This document shows, in pieces, positions 1 to 9,071 of a stretch of DNA of 64,000 nucleotides. The stretch is taken from positions 2,208,001 through 2,272,000 of the forward strand of contig OY970359.1 of assembly GCA_963718665.1 (NCBI GenBank). Reading direction: 5' to 3'. A program made the position numbers and the translations under genes. The notes below the pieces were generated by a model, which searched no databases, was not told where the DNA came from, and saw nothing but the letters and a program-made list of their open reading frames with translations. Position 1 is the stretch's first letter. Each line of letters starts with the position of its first letter. This DNA comes from an uncultured Phycisphaerales bacterium. GTDB lineage: Bacteria; Planctomycetota; Phycisphaerae; Sedimentisphaerales; Anaerobacaceae.

Positions 1-592
<592 letters not shown>

Positions 593-609
593 TCATCGCT
601 TCTTTACAT

Positions 610-637
610 AAAAAAAGGATGGCACAAAGACCATCCT
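610..637 (-). terminator. Hairpin plus U-tract between rpmA and obgE
   Basis: Minus strand AGGATGG-tctttgtg-CCATCCT followed by a T run. Confidence 0.55.
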
Positions 638-662
638 CTCATCGGTAATCCTTTTGTTTTAT

Positions 663-896
663 TTATACGACGTTTACTTTTCGGCCCGCAATCTGGACTT
701 TGCCTTCGCTGACTGCGAAAAGCGTATAATCCCTGCCCATCTGGACGTTCTTGCCTGCGAAAAACTTCGTGCCGCACTGCCTGACGATGATACTGCCTGC
801 CTTGGCTATTTCGCCCGCATATAGCTTGACGCCCCGATATTTCGGGTTGCTGTCTCTGCCGTTTCTTGTTGACCCTTGTCCCTTTTTATGTGCCAT
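663..896 (-). CDS. rpmA: 50S ribosomal protein L27
   Basis: [24 protein letters not shown]...[10 protein letters not shown]...GRDYTLFA. Confidence 0.99.
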   Translation of the reverse strand: MAHKKGQGSTRNGRDSNPKYRGVKLYAGEIAKAGSIIVRQCGTKFFAGKNVQMGRDYTLFAVSEGKVQIAGRKVNVV

Positions 897-1008
897 AATT
901 TTACCTCGTTGTTTCTATTGTCATAACAGCTTCTATTTTAGCCAAAACCAGCATTCTAACGATTGCTGGACCGGTTGTCCAATAGATTTTTCGCAAAAAA
1001 TGGTGGTT

Positions 1009-1686
1009 TCAGCGTTCTGCTTCTACGATTGCCTTCATTTGTGGTAGGGGAATCATACCTTCGGTCGCCAGCTTTATTTTGCCGTCGGGAGCGATAAAGA
1101 AGCTGCATGGTATGCCGTCTATAAGATTGTAGGGTCTGGGCATAATTGCCTGGTTGGTCGCGGTAACGGGATAGTTGATAGCCGGGTTTGTCGCGACGAA
1201 CTTTCTGACGCGTTCAGGGGTGTTCCTCTGGTCGGTGTAGGATATGCCCAGAATCACGAGTTTGTCTTCGCCGATTTGCTTTCTCAGCTCAATGATATAC
1301 GGTATTTCCGCGACGCAGGGCCCGCACCATGTCGCCCAGAACGTCAGCATCACAGTTTTGCCTTTATATTCGCCCAGCGTATGCTTTTTATCGTTGATAT
1401 CCATAACGGTGAAATCCGGCGCGTTTTTCCCGTACCATTCGGTAAAAGTGGGTTCCCAGCTTGTGGCCCGGCGGATTATTTCGTTTAAGGTGGGCTTCTG
1501 TATAGTGGATTTAGATGTCGGCTGACTGTTGCTATCTGTCTTCACGCCGTTACTATCCGTTTTCTGTTCTATGTTGTCTGTATTCTGTCCTCCGATTGCC
1601 GGCTGTTTTTTATTGTAGAGAATCAACCCAGTTACCAGAATAACTGCGACAACCCAGATTCCGTATTTTATTCTGCTCTGTGCCAT
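1009..1686 (-). CDS. TlpA/ResA-family thiol:disulfide oxidoreductase, membrane anchored
   Basis: N-terminal TM segment, [16 protein letters not shown] cis-Pro motif. Start taken at MAQSRIK (ORF track extends to 1737). Confidence 0.88.
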   Translation of the reverse strand: MAQSRIKYGIWVVAVILVTGLILYNKKQPAIGGQNTDNIEQKTDSNGVKTDSNSQPTSKSTIQKPTLNEIIRRATSWEPTFTEWYGKNAPDFTVMDINDKKHTLGEYKGKTVMLTFWATWCGPCVAEIPYIIELRKQIGEDKLVILGISYTDQRNTPERVRKFVATNPAINYPVTATNQAIMPRPYNLIDGIPCSFFIAPDGKIKLATEGMIPLPQMKAIVEAER

Positions 1687-1734
1687 ATCGGAATTATACA
1701 GGCCAATGCCCTGATTTACAAAAAAATTATGCCT

Positions 1735-1811
1735 CATGTCTGTGGTCTTCCGTCCTCAGTCCTCTGTCCTCCGTCTTCTGCCTTCTTCCTTGCGTCTTTC
1801 GTCTTTGGTCT
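1735..1811. repeat. Degenerate heptamer tandem repeat
   Basis: catgtct gtggtct tccgtcc tcagtcc tctgtcc tccgtct tctgcct tcttcct tgcgtct ttcgtct ttggtct (11 units). Confidence 0.8.
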
Positions 1812-1824
1812 ATAGTATGAAGAT

Positions 1825-2061
1825 ATGGACGACGGAACTGAACTCGACCTTGGCCCGCAGCCGATTGCTGCAATCTTGGCGAAGCTGAATTTGAAGTCGC
1901 ACGACCTTGTCGCTGCCTCAACGCACCAGCTTACGCACAAAATGGTCTCGCGTGCCGCAAAAGGCAGACGACTGACTCTTAATACCCAGACCAAAGTCCT
2001 CAATGCCCTCAATACTGCCGCAGGCAAAAATTATTCACTTCGCGATTTGTTCAACTATTGA
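1825..2061 (+). CDS. Small hypothetical protein, possibly HTH-like
   Basis: 78-aa ORF with protein-like amphipathic pattern (LTHKMVSRAAKGRRLT...LRDLFNY). Confidence 0.7.
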   Translation: MDDGTELDLGPQPIAAILAKLNLKSHDLVAASTHQLTHKMVSRAAKGRRLTLNTQTKVLNALNTAAGKNYSLRDLFNY

Positions 2062-2169
2062 CGCTTCCGGCGGATTGGACATTGAACATTTAATATTGGA
2101 TATTTAACATTTCTTAACGCTTCCCCTTGTTTCCACCCAAATTAAGGGTAGAATTTATCCTATGAGATG

Positions 2170-2290
2170 TTTACCCGGTGGGATGCATTTTCTGCTATCC
2201 CATAGTGTGGTTTACCATGTGGGATGCGTCTTCTGCTATCCCACAGTGTGGTTTACCCGGTGGGATGCATCTTTTGCTATCCCCCCGGGG
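2170..2290. repeat. Three tandem 41-bp palindromic units
   Basis: Units start at 2170, 2211 and 2252: tttacc(cg/at)GTGGGATgc...gctATCCC(A). Confidence 0.9.
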
Positions 2291-2378
2291 CAGGTTGAAA
2301 AATAAGGGTGGCCTTGGTTTTGTTTGGGTAGACGAATGAACAGTAGTTATAGAACATTAGTTTTTCGGAGGGTTTTAT

Positions 2379-5087
2379 ATGAGCAATGAGACGACTATCA
2401 CCAAAGGGGCGAGATTCTACAAATCAGATCTCCATCTTCACACACCTGCATCGAAGTGTTGGAAAGGAGAAAGAAACGAACAAGAATTGGAGAAGATTTT
2501 TACAAAATTAGCGAGTGAACATATTGAAGTTGTTGCTATTACAGACCATAACAGCGTTGAGAACATAGAGGCATGCAAAAAACTTGGGAAAACAAATGAA
2601 ATCATTATATATCCTGGAACTGAAGTCAGTACGAAAGAAGGGCACGTCCTTGCAATATTTGATCCGAATAAGAGCACAGAAGATATAAAAAATTGGCTAG
2701 TAAGGATAGGAATAAAGGAATCTGAACAAGGAAATGCAGAAGTCATCGCAAAAGACCATGAAGGGGGTCAGCTTTCAATTGAGAAGGTTTTTAAATCTAT
2801 TGAACAAGAAGGTGGCGTTGCGATTGCGCCACATCCCAATTCAAGAGGAACGGGTTTTTTTGAAATTCTAAAACAAAAAGGCCAAGCTCGGATTGATGCT
2901 TATAACTCACCCTATCTTAGAGGGCTGGAATTGGGCTCAAATAATATGCAGCTACTCAAATTGGCAAGAGGCGAAATAGCCGGATATGAGAAACGATATG
3001 GATGCGTAGCAGGTTCCGATGCGCATAGCATAGAAGAAATTGGGCGAGAATATACATACATTAAATTAGGTGATTTCGGTATAGGCGCGCTTAAACAAGT
3101 ATTTTATGACCCTGACATGAGAATACGATTCAAAGACGAATATCCCGTTAAAACCCATGCGTGGATTGAATGTTTGGGAGTAAGTCAGGGTTTTTTTGAT
3201 GGGACCCTATTTAACTTTCATCCTGATATGAATTCAATCGTAGGGGGAAAGGCAGTCGGCAAATCTCTTCTTATTGAGCTAATTAAATTTGCGCTTGGAA
3301 TCAAATCGCCACTCGAAAAAATAAATCAACAATCTTTAGATATGATGCAAGCTCGCACATGTCTCGGAGACGGCGGGACTGTGATAGTTTATATACAAAC
3401 ATCTAATGGTGAAAAATATAGAGTACAACGCACACTAAGTGATTTAGATCGCGGCCCCGAAGTTTTCTATGGTGATACAGAAACTAAAGCGGGTTATCAA
3501 GTAAATGATATTTTCCCATGTCACGTATATAGTCAGAATGAAATCGCACAATTGGGTAACAATCTTCCAGCTTTATTAGATTGGCTTGATGCGTTTTTAG
3601 ATCTTAATCCTGAACGTACAGAAATTGCAAGAATACGATTAGAAGCTAAAGGTTTACTGAAAAAACTTGATGGAAAATATATAACCGCACTGAAAATCGA
3701 GCCACTTGAAAAAAGCATAAAAGAGCTTGTAGAAAAGAAAAAGTTATTAGATAGCAAAGTGAAAGAGCCAATTCTTCAGACATTTCCACAATGGCAACAA
3801 GAAGAACGACAACTCCGTGAGATGCAAACAGGATTAAATAAATTGGTGCAAGAGGTGATTCAGCCATTGGAGGAAATTAATGTTGAAGAATATTTGCCAA
3901 ATAAGCAGGAAAAAACTCCTAATGCCTCAACGATAAACAAAGAAAGAGAAGAGTTGCTTAAATTGAGCACAGATTTTGCATCTGCAGGAGAAACTCTTAA
4001 AAAAGCCGTTCATACTAAACAAAAATCGCTGGAAAATTATATCATTGGATGGCGACAAAAATATGATAAAGCAAAACAAGAATACACAAATGTAATTCAA
4101 TCCGCAGGAGTGAAAAATGCGTCTGCATTGACTTCTGAATTGAATAAATGTATCCAAGCTATCGAAGGCACAGAAAAAGAGTTAAATAATGCAAAGGTTG
4201 CAAGACGAGAAGAGATTGCACTTGAACAAACATTTTTAAATACATTTATTCCTGCTTATACAGGGTGTTTTGGTAAAATCTTTGAGAAGCGTCTAGGAAA
4301 AGCAAATCAAATCAGCGAGTCATTGGAATCTTTTGTGAAAATTGGCGTACAACAAATGAATGATAGAACAGAATTCGTAAATTTAGTTCATGATATTGCA
4401 AAAGGAAGTGGATTACGTAAAGAGCAATGTGATCAAATTGCATTAAAGATGACACCGGTTAAATTAGGTGAATTAATTATAGCAAAAAATGCGAAGCAGT
4501 TTGAACAAATGTCGGGAATAGCTGAGAATAAGGCGGCTATTTTCATTGAAAATGCATGGTCGAGATCTATGGATGAAGAGGAATTGGCCCGCCCGTCAAA
4601 AATATATCAGATTATGCTTACGGAATTGAAAGATACAGTTACAGTTGAACTCAAGGTAGATGAGGGAACATATAAGCCAATGAAAGACCTTTCAGGTGGA
4701 TCGAAGTGTACAGCTATTCTTTCGGTTGCTCTGGTCGAAGGAGAATATCCATTAATTGTAGACCAACCAGAAGATGCACTAGATAATCCATTTGTATTCG
4801 AGCGGATTGTAAAAACAGTCAGAAAAACTAAATCTAATAGACAATATATTTTTGCAACGCATAACCCAAATGTAGCAGTCGCAAGTGATGCAGATTTGAT
4901 ATATTGTTTAAAAGCAACTGCGAGCCAAGGAAGCATCGACAAACACGGTTCAATTGACGACATAACAACAAGAGATAGAGTTGTAGCAAACTTGGAAGGA
5001 GGCGAAAGTGCTTTCAGGCTGCGCAGCCAGAAGTATAACATTATAATAGAGGATCCCAATGCAATTGTAATTGGTATGGGAAAATGA
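2379..5087 (+). CDS. PHP phosphoesterase + SMC/ABC-type ATPase fusion (Ppl/TrlF-like, candidate defence protein)
   Basis: PHP motifs DLHLHT, ITDHN, PHP, GSDAH; Walker A GGKAVGKS; coiled coil; LSGG signature; Walker B IVDQPED; ATHN. AT-rich relative to neighbours. Confidence 0.85.
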   Translation: MSNETTITKGARFYKSDLHLHTPASKCWKGERNEQELEKIFTKLASEHIEVVAITDHNSVENIEACKKLGKTNEIIIYPGTEVSTKEGHVLAIFDPNKSTEDIKNWLVRIGIKESEQGNAEVIAKDHEGGQLSIEKVFKSIEQEGGVAIAPHPNSRGTGFFEILKQKGQARIDAYNSPYLRGLELGSNNMQLLKLARGEIAGYEKRYGCVAGSDAHSIEEIGREYTYIKLGDFGIGALKQVFYDPDMRIRFKDEYPVKTHAWIECLGVSQGFFDGTLFNFHPDMNSIVGGKAVGKSLLIELIKFALGIKSPLEKINQQSLDMMQARTCLGDGGTVIVYIQTSNGEKYRVQRTLSDLDRGPEVFYGDTETKAGYQVNDIFPCHVYSQNEIAQLGNNLPALLDWLDAFLDLNPERTEIARIRLEAKGLLKKLDGKYITALKIEPLEKSIKELVEKKKLLDSKVKEPILQTFPQWQQEERQLREMQTGLNKLVQEVIQPLEEINVEEYLPNKQEKTPNASTINKEREELLKLSTDFASAGETLKKAVHTKQKSLENYIIGWRQKYDKAKQEYTNVIQSAGVKNASALTSELNKCIQAIEGTEKELNNAKVARREEIALEQTFLNTFIPAYTGCFGKIFEKRLGKANQISESLESFVKIGVQQMNDRTEFVNLVHDIAKGSGLRKEQCDQIALKMTPVKLGELIIAKNAKQFEQMSGIAENKAAIFIENAWSRSMDEEELARPSKIYQIMLTELKDTVTVELKVDEGTYKPMKDLSGGSKCTAILSVALVEGEYPLIVDQPEDALDNPFVFERIVKTVRKTKSNRQYIFATHNPNVAVASDADLIYCLKATASQGSIDKHGSIDDITTRDRVVANLEGGESAFRLRSQKYNIIIEDPNAIVIGMGK

Positions 5088-5460
5088 GTTCAGTCATTTT
5101 CCCGACCTTTTGGAAAACATAGGGATAGCCAAATATTTCCACAAATAATTGATATTGATGGTACTTGCTCACCACCAATACCGTGATCGTCTATGAGTAT
5201 CTTTGATCATCTTGTGTCTTCACGCTTTCCGGTTTTTAATTGAAAATCCCCCTAAAAGCACGAAACTATTTTTTGTAGCGTAAGCTTCCTCATCCTCCCG
5301 CCAGTCCTCGACTTAAGCTTCGTTAGGAACCGCAATCGGGGATCCAGCTTTTTGCCTTTTGCATTTTGCTTTTTGCATTGAAAAAACCCATCAAAGCACT
5401 AAACTGTCTGGTTCCATAAACATGCGCTATTATAACCGGACTAATGATGAAAGGATGTAT

Positions 5461-6915
5461 ATGGCTGGCAAACAAATTCAGTTCTACTATAAGAATGTAA
5501 TGGCTGACGTAATCGGCCCCGAACACGGCATAACCGCTCAGCAGTTAGATGAATTAGCGAGAGAAACTTCGCCTCTCATTCCCAAAATCAAAGACGAAAT
5601 CCTCACAGGCAACTCCCGCTATGGCCTCCTCCCTGGCGACCCGCAAATCGCCAAAAGCGTCAAAGCGTTAGTCAAGCACTTCAAGCCCAAATGCGAAAAC
5701 CTCGTCGTCTTCGGCATAGGCGGCTCCGCACTCGGCAATATCGCCCTGCAAAACGCACTCAATCCATTTACCTATAATTTAGACAACAACAAGCGCAAAG
5801 GTCGGAGATCTCGCCAACAGGCGGACCCGCGTCTTTTCGTCTTTGATAACGTTGACCCCGCGCAATTCGGCTCATTTCTCGACTTCATCACGCCTCGCTT
5901 AGGCAAAACCGTCTTCAATGTCATCAGCAAATCGGGCCAGACCGCCGAAACCGCCTCGCAGTTTATGATTGTCCAGAAAATGTTAGAAACCCGCTTCGGC
6001 AAAGAAAAACTCAAGGACCGCGTCGTCGCGACCACCGACCTCGAAAAAGGCACGCTCCGCAAAATCGCTACCGACGCCGGCCTGCACACGCTCGTCGTTC
6101 CCGATGGGGTAGGGGGGCGATTCAGCGTTCTCTCAGCCGTAGGCCTTTTCAGCGCAGCCATGACGGGCATAAATATCGACCAGCTTCTCGCCGGCGCAAA
6201 AGATATGCACACCCGCGTAACGGAACCCGACTTCTTCAAAAACCCCGCCGCAATCAACGCCGCGATTCAAATCCACTATTACAACCGCAACAAAAGAATA
6301 TCCGTGATGATGCCCTACAGTTCCGCACTTTACAGTTTCGCCGACTGGTATCGCCAGCTTTGGGCAGAGTCGCTCGGCAAGAAATACTTCCTCGATGGCG
6401 GCGAGGCACACGTCGGCCCGACTCCTGTAAAGGCCCTCGGCGCAACCGACCAGCACAGCCAGGTTCAGTTGTATCGCGAAGGCCCAAATGACAAGATTTT
6501 TACGCTGCTCGAAATCCAGGATTTTGGCAGAAAAGTCAGGATTCCCGCTCCGCCCAAATCCGCTCCTGAGCTTGCCTATCTTGCCAAAAAAGATATGGGC
6601 GAATTGCTCAACGCCGAGAAAAAGGCCACCGAATACGCCTTATGTGCGAGCAATCGTCCCTGCGTAACGGTGCTTTTCCCCAAAATCGACGCCTATACCG
6701 TTGGCCAGTTCATATTCCTGTTCGAGGCGACGACCTCATTTGCCGGCGCCCTTTTGGACGTCAATACTTATGACCAGCCCGCGGTTGAGTTGGGCAAGCA
6801 GGCGACTTTCGCGCTTATGGGCAAAGCAGGCCAATACACCTCGGACAGGTCTTACGCTGATTTTGCCGCCGAGATTCGCGCCAAGACCGAATTTGACGCC
6901 AACTTCGTTATTTGA
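5461..6915 (+). CDS. pgi: Glucose-6-phosphate isomerase
   Basis: GIGGSALG, ISKSGQTAET, GGRFSVLS, QLWAESLGK, DQHSQVQLY, DQPAVELGK. AAGGA RBS before ATG 5461. Confidence 0.96.
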   Translation: MAGKQIQFYYKNVMADVIGPEHGITAQQLDELARETSPLIPKIKDEILTGNSRYGLLPGDPQIAKSVKALVKHFKPKCENLVVFGIGGSALGNIALQNALNPFTYNLDNNKRKGRRSRQQADPRLFVFDNVDPAQFGSFLDFITPRLGKTVFNVISKSGQTAETASQFMIVQKMLETRFGKEKLKDRVVATTDLEKGTLRKIATDAGLHTLVVPDGVGGRFSVLSAVGLFSAAMTGINIDQLLAGAKDMHTRVTEPDFFKNPAAINAAIQIHYYNRNKRISVMMPYSSALYSFADWYRQLWAESLGKKYFLDGGEAHVGPTPVKALGATDQHSQVQLYREGPNDKIFTLLEIQDFGRKVRIPAPPKSAPELAYLAKKDMGELLNAEKKATEYALCASNRPCVTVLFPKIDAYTVGQFIFLFEATTSFAGALLDVNTYDQPAVELGKQATFALMGKAGQYTSDRSYADFAAEIRAKTEFDANFVI

Positions 6916-7106
6916 TAACGAATTGACATCAAATTCATCCCCCTTGCCCTCGACGGATGCTCCTTTGGTTTGGCTATCGGGGGGCCTGCTGCTTCTTTGG
7001 TCCTGCAACAGGGGACCCAGTATTGGTTTAAACTTTGTGATTTAACGCAAGGTTACTATTGTTTTTTGGCGTCGCCGTGTTAAAATCCAGCCAGTATCCT
7101 TACGCT

Positions 7107-7183
7107 TATGTCTTGTGTCTGTGGTCTTAGGTCTTATGTCTGGTGTCTTTTGTCTTGTGTTTGTGGTCTGGCGTCTTAGGTCT
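7107..7183. repeat. Heptamer tandem repeat, 11 x NNNGTCT
   Basis: tatgtct tgtgtct gtggtct taggtct tatgtct ggtgtct tttgtct tgtgttt gtggtct ggcgtct taggtct. Confidence 0.9.
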
Positions 7184-7224
7184 GTTTCGAGGGTCGAAAT
7201 ACCTGTAGTGAGCGAGGTCGAACT

Positions 7225-8313
7225 ATGAATTACGCAGTGATTATGGCGGGCGGCACTGGCAAACGCCTCTGGCCCCTCAGTCGCAAATCCAGGCCGAAAC
7301 AAGTACTGAAACTTTTCCAGGGCCAGAACCTCCTGCGTTTGTGTTTCAATCGGCTTTCGCCGCTTTTCGACGCCCGCAACATCATCGTTCTGACGAATTC
7401 CGGCTATTCTGATACGGTCCGCGAATCAGTTACGGGCCTGCCGTATAATAATGTAATCTCTGAACCAGTCGTCCGCGATACCACCGGCGCGATAGGGCTC
7501 GCCGCATCGATACTCGCCAAAGTTGACCCCGACGCCTCAATGGCCGTCGTAACCGCGGACCAGATTATCGAGCCGGCTGAGGTTTTCCAGCAGGCCGTCA
7601 AAGACGCTCTCGCCTTCATCAACGCTAATCCCGACCGGCTGCTGACCTTTGGCATTAACCCTACATCTCCCAGTACGCAACTGGGTTATATTAAATGCTC
7701 AGCACCGAAAAAATACCCCAACTGTAAAAACGAAATCTTCACCGTCGATAGCTTCAAGGAAAAACCCAGCGAAGAGACCGCCCGGCGATATCTGGCAGAA
7801 GGCAAATACTTCTGGAATTCGGGCATCTTCGTCTGGAAGGCCAAAACCATCCTCGCCCTTATCAATAAATACCTGCCCGACGCTATTGACCCGCTCCGCA
7901 AGATTGCTACCGCTTGGGATGGGCCGAACCAGGAGCAGGCACTCAATGATTTCTTCCCGAAGCTGCCCAAAATAAGTATCGATTTCGCGGTGATGGAAAA
8001 AGCGCCTGGCGTCCACGCCATCAAACTCGACTGCCGCTGGCTCGACCTCGGCTCGTTTGCCGCTCTTGCCGATATTATCCAGTCCGACAAAAATAATAAT
8101 ATCGTCGTCGCAGCACAATCCGAATTGCTCGATTGCGAATCCAGCGTCTTTGTAACCGAGGACGCAGGCCACCTCATCGCGGGTATAGGACTTGAAAATA
8201 TGGTTGTCGCTCACAGCCCCGACGCGACGCTTGTCTGCCCCGTCGATAAGGCCTATCGGCTTAAAGAGCTTCTTGAGCTTATTGAGAAACGCACCGGGGA
8301 TAAATTCTTATAG
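7225..8313 (+). CDS. manC: Mannose-1-phosphate guanylyltransferase
   Basis: AVIMAGGTGKRLWPLSRKSRPKQ, EPVVRDT, FKEKP, YFWNSGIF, ISIDFAVMEK, WLDLGS. Confidence 0.93.
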   Translation: MNYAVIMAGGTGKRLWPLSRKSRPKQVLKLFQGQNLLRLCFNRLSPLFDARNIIVLTNSGYSDTVRESVTGLPYNNVISEPVVRDTTGAIGLAASILAKVDPDASMAVVTADQIIEPAEVFQQAVKDALAFINANPDRLLTFGINPTSPSTQLGYIKCSAPKKYPNCKNEIFTVDSFKEKPSEETARRYLAEGKYFWNSGIFVWKAKTILALINKYLPDAIDPLRKIATAWDGPNQEQALNDFFPKLPKISIDFAVMEKAPGVHAIKLDCRWLDLGSFAALADIIQSDKNNNIVVAAQSELLDCESSVFVTEDAGHLIAGIGLENMVVAHSPDATLVCPVDKAYRLKELLELIEKRTGDKFL

Positions 8314-8316
8314 TTC

Positions 8317-8450
8317 TCACTGCGAAGAACACGAAGATTTTTAGACACGGATTTACACGGATTAACACTGTTTTTTGTTTTTAGCTTTTGCTTTTTTTAC
8401 TATGCAATCTCTGTGTCCTCTGTGCTCTCTGTGGCTAAATAGCTCTGTGG
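8317..8450. repeat. Degenerate 9-mer repeat tract (CACGGATT/CACAGAG type)
   Basis: cacggattt acacggatt aacac ... ctctgtgtc ctctgtgct ctctgtggc. Related tracts near 8910-9000, 43320-43370, 49650-49710, 51969-51997 and 54362-54420. Confidence 0.7.
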
Positions 8451-8457
8451 CAAAAAA

Positions 8458-8916
8458 ATGCGATACCTTTCAATCGATTACGGAAACAAGATTACAGGCC
8501 TTGCGATTTGCGACCAGACCGAGACATTCGTTTCGCCTCTTATGGCGATTCCCACCTCCGATTGCCTCATCGATAAAATCATCGAAGTCGCCAAGGCAGA
8601 AAACGTTGGTGCTCTCGTCCTGGGCCTGCCTTTGAATATGGATGATTCGGTCGGCCCGCAGGCGAAAAAAGTCCAGGCGTTCGCCGAGCAGATTAAAAAG
8701 CAGATTGACACTCCCGTTTTCTTTCAGGATGAGCGGCTGAGCACCTTCGCCGCCGAGGGAAAACTTGCCGACTGGTCTTTAAATCAAAAGCGGGGCAGAC
8801 CCGTCCGCCGAAGCGACAGCGAAGGCGGATTGACCCGCAAAGGGAAAAAACGCCGAATAGATGCTCTGGCCGCTGCGGAGATTTTGCAGGCGTTTCTCGA
8901 TTCAAACCGCCACTAA
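8458..8916 (+). CDS. ruvX: Pre-16S rRNA nuclease / Holliday junction resolvase-like YqgF
   Basis: YLSIDYG.K.TGLAICD, LVLGLPLNMD, QDERLST, IDALAAAEILQ. Carries an extra PVRRSDSEGG segment. Confidence 0.93.
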   Translation: MRYLSIDYGNKITGLAICDQTETFVSPLMAIPTSDCLIDKIIEVAKAENVGALVLGLPLNMDDSVGPQAKKVQAFAEQIKKQIDTPVFFQDERLSTFAAEGKLADWSLNQKRGRPVRRSDSEGGLTRKGKKRRIDALAAAEILQAFLDSNRH

Positions 8917-9071
8917 GACACAAAGTTTTTTAGCTACGGATTGGCACAGATTTTCACGGATTATTTTTAGCCACAGAGGGCACAGGGGACACAGAGATTT
9001 TCATTTCCGACTCACTATTTACAATTTATTTGCGGATTTCAGAAGAAATAAGTATTATGGTCTGATAATTC

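Noticed and set aside
1727..2027. Minus-strand ORFs ending in RQKTEDRG/EDGGQRTED
   Set aside because: Translations of the heptamer tract and of the antisense of 1825..2061.
2170..2290. CRISPR array
   Set aside because: Units are contiguous with no unique spacers, and there are no cas genes in the window.
7042..7302. 86-aa ORF with RQKTPDIRPKTTDT repeats
   Set aside because: Translation of the 7107-7183 heptamer repeat overlapping the manC start.
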